Origin: Squalus acanthias
Lineage: Eukaryota
Assembly: GCA_030390025.1 (NCBI GenBank)
Contig: JASTWF010000329.1
Span: 310,001 to 374,000, forward strand
Direction: 5' to 3'
DNA: 64,000 nt
The notes below the pieces were generated by a model, which saw nothing but the letters and a program-made list of their open reading frames with translations, did no database searches and was not told where the DNA came from. This document shows positions 37,544 to 49,632 of the stretch, piece by piece (position 1 is the first letter of the stretch; every line of letters starts with the position of its first letter). A program made the translations under genes and the position numbers.

Positions 37544-39563
37544 AATATTTTTATTCAAAAACAATAATACCTGTACAACTCATCAATTACATAGTAAATC
37601 CATTACATAGTAAATCCATTACATTCATCCATCACAGTAAAAAATAAAGCCTTAAAAACAGCCTTATAGTTAATATAAATGCAATGATTAATTTTACAAA
37701 TAATCAATAATCTTTACAGTACAAATACCCTTAAACAATACCACACAACTTTTTAGATTTAAAATAATAAATCTCAAAGTTAACTCCACATAAAACAAAA
37801 ACCATTTCAACACCAGTGTACAAACACATAGCATCATCATAATCCAATTAAATGCTACAGATAACATTTATTCCAATAAACCAAGAAAAAACCCGTTTTA
37901 CGCCAGTCCTACTGGCATTGTTCGTTCGACCATTCAATCATTCATTCAATTATTCGTTCATTCATTCAAGCGTTCGTTCATTCGTTCGATCGAGCGTAAG
38001 TTCCAATATGTATGTATGAGTGCGTGCATGCGTATCATTTGTCTAAGTGCGCGCCTGCGTGCGTTCGCTCGAATCGTTCGTTTGATCATTCACCACGCGA
38101 TCATTTGTTCGCTCGAGTGTAAGTTCCAATGTGCACGCTTGCGTTCGCTCGAATCGTTCGTTCGACCACTACCCCATGAGGTCGTTCGTTTGATCGAGTG
38201 TAAGTTCCATTATGTATGTCTGAATGCGTGCGTGCATCGCATTTGTCTAAGTGCGCGCCTGCGTGCGTTCGCTCGAATCGTTCGTTCTATCACTGCACAA
38301 GTGATTATTCGTTCGATCGAGTGTAAGTTCCAATATGCATGAATGCGTTCGTTCGAATCGTTCGTCCGTTCGTTCACTCGAGCGTCCGTTCGTTCAATAA
38401 ATTACCAATATTAATTTACTTTATCTTTTCAAACACACCAACACTAGACAATAACCTCAAAGTAAATTCCTACATAACCACCAATACATCATCATGTGCA
38501 AATTCCCACAATCCTTATCAGAAAATCAATTAAGCTTCAAGTAAACTGCTTTCAAACAGAAAACCTGAAACCTTCCCAACAAAACAATTAAATACCAGTT
38601 CTATGCCAGTCCTATTGGCAATCCATTAACGAATATCATTTGATGTTGTCGAACCATGTAAAGTCATAGTCCTTGTCCACAGTCTTCAGCCCTTCCACGG
38701 AAAAAGCCATCCATCCACTTCCTGAAATCCCGTAAAAAGACCGAACACTCAAATCTTCTTCTGCTTGCTGTTATCGCTCACAGGACCCAACCATCAAAGA
38801 ATACTCATCATTCCTTACTGATATTACTTTGCTCTGTCTTTTAATTTCCTTTTATTTTCCGTCTTTTAACCATTCACATTTTCCATCTTGTAACCGCTCA
38901 CGCGCCCCATTACAGATGGAAACAATTTGTCTTTCCTTCACCAATATGGCGACGCATAAACCGGTCCCATGACCAAGAAAAAGCGTCACAGCTGCCGCCA
39001 GGCAGAGCAGATGCTGGGCCGCTGGAACTCATTCAGGCCCGAAACCATTCTGCAACTTTCAGAACCAGTGCAGCAATGCTCACCAACCGCATCTCCCGAC
39101 TCCACCTCTGCCGACCAGCCGCCCCGCCCTGGGCCCCCCGCCTGGGGTTCTCCGTGCTGGGCCTCCCGCCTGGGGTTCTCCGTGCTGGGTCTCCCGCCTG
39201 GGGTTCTCCGTGCTGGGCCACCCGCCTGGGGTTCTCCGTGCTGGGCCCCCTGCCTGGGGTTCTCCGTGCTGGGCCTCCCGCCTTGGCCACTCTCCTCCGG
39301 GTCTTCCACCTTGGGCCTTCTGCACCGGGCCCTCCGCACTGGCATTCCCCGCGAGCAGCCGGGGTGTGGAGAAGCCCGTTCACACAGCACCGAGTTATGC
39401 CGAGTTGAAAATCTCACAGCTTTTCCTCCCCGGGCCTTCTGCACTGGGCCCTCCACACTAGCATTCCCCGCAAGCATGTGGAGCTCACCCGTTCACACAG
39501 CACCAAACTGAGCCGAGAATTTTGCAGCCTGGGCTTCGATTTTGTCATTGGGGCGGGCTGGGC
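37544..39563 (-). mobile_element. ~2-kb composite, apparently non-coding insertion (putative non-autonomous retroposon)
   Basis: Absent from the paralogous site near 9155. Degenerate 14-bp flanking repeats (atgaatatggttca / atgaaaatagttca). Minus-strand AATAAA at its end. Contains TTCG-rich repeats and a 28-bp VNTR. Confidence 0.55.
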
Positions 39564-39599
39564 ATGAAAATAGTTCAGTGCTCCATGCAAACTCAGTAA

Positions 39600-40030
39600 A
39601 TTCAATGGCGGGGCTTTTACCCCGTGAGGGAGAATGTGCCGCACCTCGTCTACAGGATCCTAGTGCGCAGGCGCAGGCCCGACTGGGTTTGGAGCATGCG
39701 CGGTGCATGTCATCCCGGAAGACGGTGGGTGCGGGACAGGTCCGGATAAATTAGTGAGAAGCCGACGGAGGGAGCGGAGTATTGGACGGCAAGTGGGCGG
39801 GGAGGCTTCATAAACAACTAGTGTAGGCCGCAAGCCCCGAATAATAACCTGAAGGTCCCGGGTTTGCAGCTTCGGGGCTTTTCCCGGTCACAGGCCGAGG
39901 ATAACGGCCGCCATCTTGATTCAGTGAGTAACAAAGCGCATGCGCGGTCATCTTGATCAGAATCAAAGAGTGGGCGGGGTTTCCGTAGCTGTTCCCCACC
40001 GGGTCCTATTGCCCGGCGAATGTATTTCAT
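39600..40030 (+). promoter_or_regulatory. CpG-rich promoter of ZNF-A'
   Basis: Inverted paralog of 8690-9100, with gcgcatgcgc and ccgccatcttg. Confidence 0.7.
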
Positions 40031-40046
40031 TGACTCAGTTATTTGA

Positions 40047-40186
40047 GGTATTTTTTCACTTCACCTGACGAAGGAGCAGGGCTCCGAAAGCTTTTGATTT
40101 CAAATAAAACTGTTGGACAAAAGACCTGGTGTTGTGCGACTTCTCATTTTTGTCCACCCCAGTCCAACACCGGCATCTCAGCATCA
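40047..40186 (+). mobile_element. 140-bp hammerhead-bearing mini-element (Penelope-type terminal repeat); unoccupied Tx1 target
   Basis: tcac-CTGACGA-aggagc-agg-gctcc-GAAA-gctt at 40061-40093, followed by AATAAA. 11-bp TSD cagttatttga (40036, 40187). Empty site in the paralog near 8655. Confidence 0.82.
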
Positions 40187-40289
40187 CAGTTATTTGATTC
40201 AGACTCTCCACACTCAGATTTCTCACCATCTCTCCTGAAGGCGCTGGTAAAACATCCTACACATTGTAACAGAAGAATTCCAGAGCTGG

Positions 40290-40967
40290 GCCCCCCATTT
40301 ACAGTCCCAGGGTTAGAATCCCCATGTACAGTCCCAGGGTTAGAATCCCCATGTGCAGTCCCAGGATTAGAATCCCCATGTACAGTCCCAGGGTTAGAAT
40401 CCCCATTTACAGTCCCAGGGCTGAAATTCCCATGTACAGTCCCAGGGTTAGAATCCCCATGTACAGTTCCAGGGTTAGAATCCCCAAGTACAGTCCCAGG
40501 GTTAGAATCCCCATGTACAGTCCCAGGGTTAGAATCCCCATGTACAGTCCCAGGGCTGGAATCCCCATGTACAGTCCCAGGGTTGGAATCCCCATGTACA
40601 GTCCCAGGGTTAGAATCCCCATTTACAGTCCCAGGGCTGAAATTCCCATGTACAGTCCCAGGGTTAGAATCTCCATGTACAGTCCCAGGGTTAGAATCCC
40701 CAGGTACAGTCTCGGTTAGAATCTCCATGTACAGTCCCAGGGTTGGAATCCCCATGTACAGTCCCAGGGTTGGAATCCCCATGTACAGTCCCAGGGTTAG
40801 AATCCCCATGTACAGTCCCAGGGTTGGAATCCCCATGTACAGTCCCAGGGTTAGAATCCCCATGTACCGTCCCAGGGTTGGAATCCCCATGTACAGTCCC
40901 AGCATTGGAATCCCCATGTACAGTCCCAGGGTTGGAATCCCCATGTACAGTCCCAGGGCTGGAACCC
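40290..40967. repeat. 27-bp minisatellite (~25 units)
   Basis: Reverse complement of the 7672-8533 array. Confidence 0.95.
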
Positions 40968-41560
40968 TCAGCAACACCGAATGCGGTTCTCAGGCTCCGA
41001 GTCAGAGCCGGTGGGCCCGGGGCAACACCGAGTAGGAACGGCGATACATGCCCAAGTCAGGATAGTGTGTGACTTGGAGGGGAATTGGGAGGTGATGGTG
41101 TTCCCATGCACCTGCTGCCCTTCGAGGTGGTGGAGGTTGCGTGTTTGGGAGGTGCTGTCAAAGTTCTAGTCGAGTTGAAGATATATAAAGTCACTCTTTC
41201 CCTCCTCCCCCTCCCACCTCGCTCTCTCTCCTCCCATAGAGGCCAGAGTCTTGTGTAGGCCCAGACCGGGTGGCGGGTTCCCTTCCCTGAAGGATATTAG
41301 TGAACCAGTTGGGTTTTTACGACATTCCGGCAGCTTTCATGGTCACTTTTTTCTAGTGCCGGCCCCACAAATTCCCAGATTCATTCAACTCAATTTCACA
41401 ACCTGTCTTTGTGTTTTTGTGGGTTCTCTCTCACCCTCCCTTTTTCCTGTTTCAAATTCATTTTACAGGGTGTTAGAAGGGGAGGATTTGCAGACGGGAA
41501 ACTCAAACCAAACCTCACTTCAAGATCTGACAGTCACTCGATTCATCAGGACCTTTGAGC

Positions 41561-42598
41561 ATGGAAGCAGAAAGCACCGTTCAGAGTGGGGAGAAACCGT
41601 ACACATGTTCTGTGTGTGCACAAGGCTTCAGCCGATCCTCTTGCCTGTCGAGACACAAGCGCAGTCACACCGGGGAGAGGCCATTCACCTGCACTGAGTG
41701 TGGGAAGGGATTCACTCAGTCATGCAATCTGCTGCCGCACCGGCGAGTTCACACTGACGAGAGACCTTTTAAATGTCAGGACTGCGGGAAGTGATTTAAA
41801 AGTTCCAGGGAACTGACACTCCATCAACGTGTTCACACTGACGAGAGACCGTTCAGGTGCTCTCATTGCGGGACTGGGTTCAGGCGATCATCTGACCTCA
41901 CTGTACACCAGCGCACTCACACCGGGGAGAGGCCGATCACTTGCTCTTAGTGTGGGAAGGGATTCACTCGGTCATCCCACCTGCTGAGACACCAGCGAGT
42001 TCACACCGGGGAGAGGCCTTTTAAAACACCGGTCTGCGGGAAGTGCTATAAAAGTTCCAGCGAACTGATGTCCCATCAATGTGTCCACAGTGACGAGAGA
42101 CCATTCAGGTGCTCTCACTGCAGGACTGGGTTCAGGCAATCATCTCAACTCACTTTACACCAGCGCACTCACACCGGGGAGAGGCCGTTCACCTGCTCCG
42201 AGTGTGGGAAGGGATTCACTCGGTCATCCGACCTGCTGACACACCAGCGAGTTCACACTGGGGAGAGGCCGTTCACCTGCTCTGAGTGTGGGAAGAGATT
42301 CACTCAGTCATCCCATCTGCTGAAACACCAGCGAGTTCACACTGGGGAGAGACCGTTCACCTGCTCGGAGTGTGGGAAGTGATTCACTCGGTCATCCCAT
42401 CTGCTGAAACACCAGCGAGTTCACACTAGGGAGAGACCGTTCACCTGCTCCGAGTGTGGGAAGGAATTCACTCGGTCATCCGACCTGCTGACACACCAGC
42501 GAGTTCACACTGGGGAGAGGCCGTTCACCTGCTCCAAGTGTGGGAAGGAATTCACTTATTCATCCACCCTGCTGACACACCAGCGAGTTCACAAGTGA
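41561..42598 (+). pseudogene. C2H2 zinc-finger pseudogene ZNF-A' (12 finger units)
   Basis: ATG at 41561 (MEAESTVQ). In-frame stops at 41792, 41948 and 42380. Confidence 0.85.
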
Positions 42599-42984
42599 CT
42601 GCAGGTGTTGGATTCTGATGTTATTGCTGCTGTTAATTACATCCCGGACTGAATCGTTTTCACACTGACAGCTGGGGTTTGTTTCTGCTGATGTTAATAA
42701 CCCCTGTAACTGGGCTGGAGTTTAAATTTCTGGATATCTGTCTAATAAATCAGCTTTGCTTTAATCACATTGTTGTGGATTTTTGTCGTTCCCACCTGAG
42801 TGTTTAGCATCACCTGGCTGGAGCTCAGAAAGGACAATCTGGGGGGAGGATCGTACGGCGGGAACAGAACTTCAGCCTGGACACAGTCCTTCAGGGCCAC
42901 ACTGAGAGGGGCAAACGGCACTTTGGTCTTTCTCGTCTCTCTTCACTGACAGCAAAGTTTTCGGGCAGATTAAGACCATCAGAA

Positions 42985-43855
42985 AAGATCATAAGAATTA
43001 GGAACAGGAGTAGGTCACACGGCCCCTCGAGCCTGCTCTGCCATTCAATAAGATCATGGCTGATCATCGACCTCAACTCCACTTTCCCACCCGATCTCCA
43101 TATCCCTTGATTCCCCTAGAGTTCAAAAATCTATCTATCTCAGTCTTGAATATACTCAAAAGCTGAACATTCACAGCCCTCTGGGGCAGAGAATTCCAAA
43201 GATTCACAACCCTCTGAGTGAAAAAATTCCTCCTCCTCTCGGTCTTAAATGCCGACCCCTTATCCTGAGACTATGCCCCCCAGTTCTAGACACTCCAGCC
43301 AGGGGAAACAACCTCTCAGCATCTACCCTGTCAATCCCCTTCAGAATCTTGTATGATTCCATGAGATCACCTCTCATTCTTCTAAACTCCAGAGTGTATC
43401 GGCCCATTCTACACAATCTCCCATCATAGGACAGCCCTCTCATCCCAGGAATCAATCTCGTCAACCTTCGTAGCTCCGCCTCCAAGGCATGTATATCTTT
43501 CCTTAGATAAAGAGACCAAAACTGTGCACAGTACTCCAGGTGTGGTCTCACCAAGGCCCTGTATAATTGTAGCAAGACTTCCTTACTCTTATAATCCAAC
43601 CCCTTGCAATAAAGGCCAACATCCCATTTGCCTTCCTTATTGCTTGCTGTACATGCATGCTCGCTTTCTGTGTTTCTTGCACGAGGACACCCAAATCTCT
43701 CTGAACACCAACACTTGAAAGTTTCTCACCATTTAAAAAATATTCTGTTTTTCTATTCTTCCTACCAAAGTGAATAACCTCACATTTCCCAACATTATAC
43801 TCCATCTGCCACCTTACTGCCCACTCACTTAGTCTATCTATATCCCTTTGGAGAC
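42985..43855 (-). mobile_element. CR1 3' fragment
   Basis: ORFs 43204-43599 and 43548-43805 resemble the CR1 ORF2 C-terminus. Confidence 0.88.
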
Positions 43856-44655
43856 TTATACACCTTTAATCTTGAGCCCTGTAAGGAATGTATCCCAGCT
43901 GCTCTCTTCCATGGGTCACAGCTCCTGGGCATGGAACAGAAGGCTCCTTTACAACTGTGTTTAGAGTCAGGAAGAACAACGGTGAATGCTGGAAACGTGC
44001 TGTCAAATCAGAGATTGGTGTCAAACTGCGATCTGTTCCTGACTGAAAGTGAAACGGCAGGGTTAAGTTTCCAGTCTAAAAATGACTGGTAATTATTCCA
44101 CGAAGATTTAATATGTGTGTGTGAGACAGTCCTGAGTCTACCATTTTAAGGCAGGTGTTAGCTCATTTAAAATAAACCCGTTTAAAATAAATTGGTTAAA
44201 GTCTGCATTAAAATAGCAGAGGGAGGAGTTCACAGGAGCCTGTTAACTGCTGGTACAATTATACAACAGACATTTGATCTCCAGATAAAGAAGGACCTGC
44301 AGCGTGTTTCCAGGAATTCCCTGTTTTATTGATATGTGCGTGTTAGACACCAGGATAACTCAAAATACACGACCCGGAACATCTATGGGGTGCGATCACG
44401 ACAGTTACTCTGGGATCACTCCTGCTGCGGAACTCCAGCACTGACCCTGCTGAAGGTTGTAGGCTCAGGGAGTGGGGCCTCCAGGAGTGGACTGTGAGAA
44501 AGCTGGGTTTCAGTATCCTGACAAATATATGGTGAGGAACCAGAGGAATCCTTACTAAGGAGCTGTCTGGGGTTTAACCTGTCAGTGTAGGTCTAGGGGT
44601 GAATGATGCCTGACTCCCCGAACTGTCTCACATTGAACCCAGTTCAGATCAAGAT

Positions 44656-45090
44656 GGGCAACACGGTGGCATAGTGGTTAGCACTGGTGCCTCACAGCGC
44701 CAGGGACCCGGGTTCGAATCTGGCCTCGGGTGACTGTCTGTGTGGAGTTTGCACATTCTCCCCGTGTCTGCGTGGGTTTCCTCCGGGTGCTCCGGTTTCC
44801 TCCCACAGTCCAAAAATGTGCGGGTTAGGTTGATTTGGCTATGATAAATTGACCCTTAGTGTTAGGGGGGGATTAAATATGTGGGGTTACAGGGATAGGA
44901 TGGGATATGTTAGGGGGAATTAAATACGTGGGGTTACGGGGATAGGGTGGGATATGTGTCGGTGCAGGCTCGATGGGGATTCAGGGACAGGGTACTGGAT
45001 TTGGATGATCAGCCATGATCGTATTGAATGGTGGAGCAGGCTCGACGGGCCGAATGGCCTACTCCTGCTCCTAGTTTCTATGTTTCTATG
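44656..45090 (+). mobile_element. tRNA-derived V-SINE (HE1-like) with CR1-derived tail
   Basis: A box (tggcatagtgg), B box (ggttcgaatc), V-domain-like gtgtggagtttgcacattctccccgtgtctgcgtgggtttcctccgggtgctccggtttcctcccac, and a CR1 tail ending tttctatgtttctatg. Confidence 0.85.
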
Positions 45091-45354
45091 ATTCAGTTTA
45101 CAGGAGAATAGGGAGAAATATCACCCACAATGGAGGGAGAGGAAAGCAGCCATTAGAGAAGCTCAGAGATCTTTGGAAAAGCTGATGGTGCCCAATTGTG
45201 GTAATAATAGCAAAAGCTTTTCCAGCTACGTCAGGAGTCAGTAGACCGTTAAAGATGGTTTCACATCAGTCTACACTCCTGTGGGTGATGCTCAGATTCC
45301 AGCTGTGGGATGTGCTGTCGACAATAACATCATAAATATTAAAATAGAAAGAGA

Positions 45355-45625
45355 TTGTCATACAATCATCGAATAGTACCGCACAGAAGGAGGCTATTCT
45401 GCCCATCGAGTCTGTGCCGGCTCTTTCGAAGAGCAATCCAGTTAGTCCCACTCCCCTGCTCATTCCCCAAACCCCTGCAATGTTTTCTCCTTCAAGTATT
45501 TCTCCAATTCCCTTTTGAAGGCTACTATTGAATCTGTATCCACCAGCCTATCAGGCAGCGCATTCCAGATCCTAACCACTCGTTGTGTAAAAAGGTTTTT
45601 CCTCGTGTCACCTCTGGTTCTTTTG
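45355..45625 (-). mobile_element. CR1 3' fragment
   Basis: RKNLFTQRVVRIWNALP plus a tail. Confidence 0.75.
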
Positions 45626-45999
45626 CAAAGGGGCAGAGAAAGTGGGGAGGGGAGGAAAGAACAAAAGAGAAGGTCTGGGAGAGGATGAAAAGCTTTCAAA
45701 GTTCAAAGCAGCTGATGCACGATCTGCGCATTGATACTGGAGAGAGGCTGATTCAATATCCTGTGTGTGGGAAGAAATTCACCCCACCTGCTGAGACTCC
45801 AGTGAGATCACATGTGACTGCAGTGGTTTGGATTCTGTTATTAATCATATCCAGGACTGAACCATGGCAGAGTGCCCGTGCACTGGGGTTTCTGTGTGAA
45901 TTATTGATGAATTTTCTCTCAATGGGGTCACAGAAACTCATTCTCCATTCACTAGTTGGGGCTTTCAATGTTCCCCAGCATGCCCCGCGGGGGAGAATG

Positions 46000-46405
46000 T
46001 GCCCCATTCACACTGGAGGAGCCCAGTGCGCAGGCGCGGTTCCCGCCTGTATTTGGAGCATGCGCAGTGTCACTGTGATCGGAGCCGGGCGAGTGCGGAA
46101 AAGCTGAAAGGTCGGGGTCGCGATTTTGGCGCCGATTACGAATCAGCGGGGCGCAGGGAGGTAACGAACCCGGCGGATGAGCTTCATAAACACCTGGCGT
46201 AGGCCGCAAGCCCCGAATGAGAACCTACAGGTTCCGCGTTTGCAGCTCCGAGGCTTTTTCCCGGGAAAAGGCCCAGGTTAACGGCGGCCATCTTTGTAAA
46301 GAAAAGCTGCGGTTTTGTTCGTTTCCCTCTTGTTTCACCGAGCAGTACCGCGCATGCGCCGCCATCTTTCTAAAGGGACCAGTACTGAGCGGGGCTTCAG
46401 GGTCC
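46000..46405 (+). promoter_or_regulatory. CpG-rich promoter of ZNF-B''
   Basis: Same module as 15020-15375, with gcgcatgcgc adjacent to cgccatctt. Confidence 0.7.
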
Positions 46406-46864
46406 CAGTGAGTGAACTGAACCCAGCCAGAGTCAGCACCTTCAGGGGAGGAGAGGGAGGGCCAGTGAGTGTAGAACTGAACCCAGCCAGAGTCAGCACC
46501 TTCAGGGGAGGAGAGGGAGGGGAACCAGTGAGTGTAGAACTGAACCCAGCCAGAGTCAGCACCTTCAGGGGAGGAGAGGGAGGGGAACCAGTGAGTGTAG
46601 AACTGAACCCAGCCAGAGTCAGCACCTTCAGGGGAGGAGAGGGAGGGGAACCAGTGAGTGAACTGAACCCAGCCAGAGTCAGCACCTTCAGGGGAGGAGA
46701 GGGAGGGGAACCAGTGAGTGAACTGAACCCAGCCAGAGTCAGCACCTTCAGGGGAGGAGAGGGAGGGGAACCAGTGAGTGAACTGAACCCAGCCAGAGTC
46801 AGCACCTTCAGGGGAGGAGAGGGAGAGGGAACCAGTGAGTGTCGAACTGAACCCAGCCAGAGTT
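46406..46864 (+). repeat. 60/63-bp minisatellite (~7-8 units)
   Basis: Same unit as 15381. Confidence 0.93.
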
Positions 46865-47066
46865 GGTGGTGAAAACTGGGAGCGGAGAGCAAACTGTCTT
46901 GAGACGTGCGATGTGTTTGGATTTTAGCACAGGGAGGAGGGACAATGTGTGGGATGGGGATTTGGAGGAACAAGAGAGGAAAGAATATTCCATAGAAACT
47001 AGAATTGTCTGTTCTGAATTTCTGTCCTGTACTTACAGTGATGAGTTTTGTAAACTTATTTTGCAG

Positions 47067-48098
47067 GGTATTGGAAAGGGAGGATTTGAAGAAGGGAAAC
47101 TCAAACCAAATATCAAGTCAAGATCTGACAGCGTCACTCGATTCATTAGGAACTGAATATCATCGGCCTTTGAATGTGGAAGGAGAAATGTTTGTTCTGT
47201 CTGTGGGAAAAGATTTCAAACATCAGTGTGACTGGAAAAGCACCGAGACACACACACCCGAGTGAGAGTGTTCCAGTGCACTGGCTGTGGAAAGTGCTTT
47301 AACCAGTTACACAGCCTGAAAAAACATCGCACCGTTCACAGCGGGGAGAAACCGGACACGTGTTCTGTGTGACGAGGCTTCAACAGATCATCCAACCTGG
47401 AGAGACAAGAGGACACCCGCACCACAGAGAAACCGTGGAAATGTGGGGACTGCGGGAAGGGATTCAGTTACCCGTCCCAGCTGGAAATTCATCAGCGCAG
47501 TCACACCAGGGAGAGGCCGTTCACCTGCTCTGAGTGTGGGAAGGGATTCACTCAGTCATCCGACCTGCTGGCACACCAGCGAGTTCACACCGGGGAGAGG
47601 CCGTTCACTTGCTCAGAGTGTGGGAAGGGATTCACCTGTTCATCCCACCTCCTGAAACACCAGCGAGTTCACACCGGGGAGAGGCCGTTCACCTGCTCCG
47701 AGTGTGGGAAGGGATACACCCGTTCATCCGACCTGCTGATTCACCAGCGAGTTCACACTGGGGAGAGGCCGTTCACCTGCTCCGAGTGTGGGATGGGATT
47801 CACCCGTTCATCACACCTCCTGAAACACTATCGAGTTCACACCGGGGAGAGGCCATTCACCTGCTCCGAGTGTGGGAAGGGATTCACCCGTTCAACCGAC
47901 CTGCTGATTCACCAGCGAGTTCACACTGGGGAGAGGCCGTTCACCTGCTCCGAGTGTGGGAAGGGATTCACTACTTCATCCAGCCTGCTGACACACCAGC
48001 GCGTTCACACTGGGGAGAGGCCATTCCTCTGCTCCGTGTGTGGGAAGGGATTCACTCAGTCATCCAACCTGCTGACACACCATCGAGTTCACAAGTGA
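47067..48098 (+). pseudogene. C2H2 zinc-finger gene ZNF-B'' (8 open 3' fingers, disrupted 5' part)
   Basis: Acceptor tttgcag at 47066. A stop near 47370 arises from a 3-nt deletion. The first in-frame ATG after it is at 47793. Confidence 0.7.
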
Positions 48099-48194
48099 CT
48101 GCAGGGGTTGGATTTTGATATTGCTGCTGTTAATCACTTCCAGGACTGAACCATGATCATTCTGACATTTGAGGTTTGTTTCTGCTGATGTTAT

Positions 48195-49033
48195 TTACCC
48201 CTGTTACTGGGCTGGAGTTCAATATTCTGGATATATGTCGAATAAATCAGCTTTGCATTAAACACATTGTTGTGGATTTTGTCGTTCCCACCTGAGTGTT
48301 TAGCATCACCTGGCTGGAGCTCAGAAAGGACAATCTGGGGGGAGGATCGTACGGCAGGAACAGAACTACAGCCGAGACACAGTCCTTCAGGGCCACACTG
48401 AGAGGGGCAAACAGCACTTTGGTCTTTCTCGTCTCTCTTCACTGACAGTTATGTCCCCGTGCAGGTTAATCTTGAGGCCTGTAAGGAATGTGTCCCAGCC
48501 GCTCTCTCCCATGGGTCAGAGCTCCTAGGCACTGAACAGAAGGCTCCTTTACAACTGAGTTTAGAGTCAGGAAGAACAACGGTGAATGCTGGAAACGTGC
48601 TGTCAAATCAGAGATTGGTGTCAAACTGCGATCTGTTCCTGACTGAAAGTGAAACGGCAAGGTTAAGTTTCCAGTCTCAAATTGACTGGTAATTATTCCA
48701 CGAAGATTTAATATGTGTGTGTGACAGTCCTGAGTCTACCATTTTAAGGCAGGTGTTAGCTCATTTAAAATAAACCCGTTTAAAATAAATTGATTAAAGT
48801 CTGCATTAAAATAACAGAGGGAGGAGTTCACAGGAGCCTGTTAACTGCTGGTACAATTATACAACAGACATATGATTACCAGATAAAGAAGGACCTGCAG
48901 CGTGTTTCCAGGAATTCCCTGTTTTATTGATGTGTGCGTGTTAGACACCAGGATAACTAAAGATACACGACCCTGAACATCCACGGGGTTACTCCAGGAT
49001 CACTCCCGCTGCGGAACTCCACCACTGACCCTG
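48195..49033 (+). repeat. Direct duplicate of ZNF downstream region 42700-42950 plus 43865-44450
   Basis: Long near-identical runs. The CR1 at 42985-43855 is missing from this copy. Confidence 0.85.
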
Positions 49034-49528
49034 CACCAATCATCACCCACTGGAGGTTTATATCAGGAGCTTCTGTGTGATGGTGAGGTGATCACTGGAC
49101 AATAAAGTGCAGAGACTGGTGGGTGGCTGCTCATTATCCTCGGTGTGATTTAATCCCCTTTCCCACTGAATACTGCGGACAGACAGGATCACCTTGGGAA
49201 CTGAATGGTCAGTGTGACATCACTTTCTAAACAAGAGCCCACAAGACAATGGGTTCTCAATAAATGTTAAAGGGATTCAACGCTCTGAAGTTACACTGTG
49301 AATAAAGGAAATAAAATGCTGATCAGTAATTGGTGAAGATAATTTATCTCTGTGGAACGCACTCACAAACATTAAGAATGATGAGTTTTGTTTACACACT
49401 CACACATATAACAAACACTTTGTGTGAGCTCTTTTCAGTTGTTCTGTTTAACCCGATGAAGTACTTGATGTGGCCTTTAGGACCCTGCGGCAGCCCATCC
49501 GGCGGGGCCCGCTGGGTCAGGATATAAA

Positions 49529-49632
49529 GATGTGGAGATGCCGGCGTTGGACTGGGGTGGACAAAAATGAGAAGTCGCACAACACCAGGTTATAGTCCAA
49601 CAGTTTTATTTGAAATCACAAGCTTTCGGAGC
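49529..49632 (-). mobile_element. Left part of the hammerhead mini-element interrupted by Tx1 (remainder at 63931-63998)
   Basis: Reverse complement of 40081-40185. Confidence 0.85.

Noticed and set aside
40290..40967. Interstitial telomere (agggttag in many units)
   Set aside because: Only one 8-nt match per 27-bp unit and no (TTAGGG)n run.
44656..44730. tRNA gene
   Set aside because: The tRNA-like head continues into a SINE core and CR1 tail.
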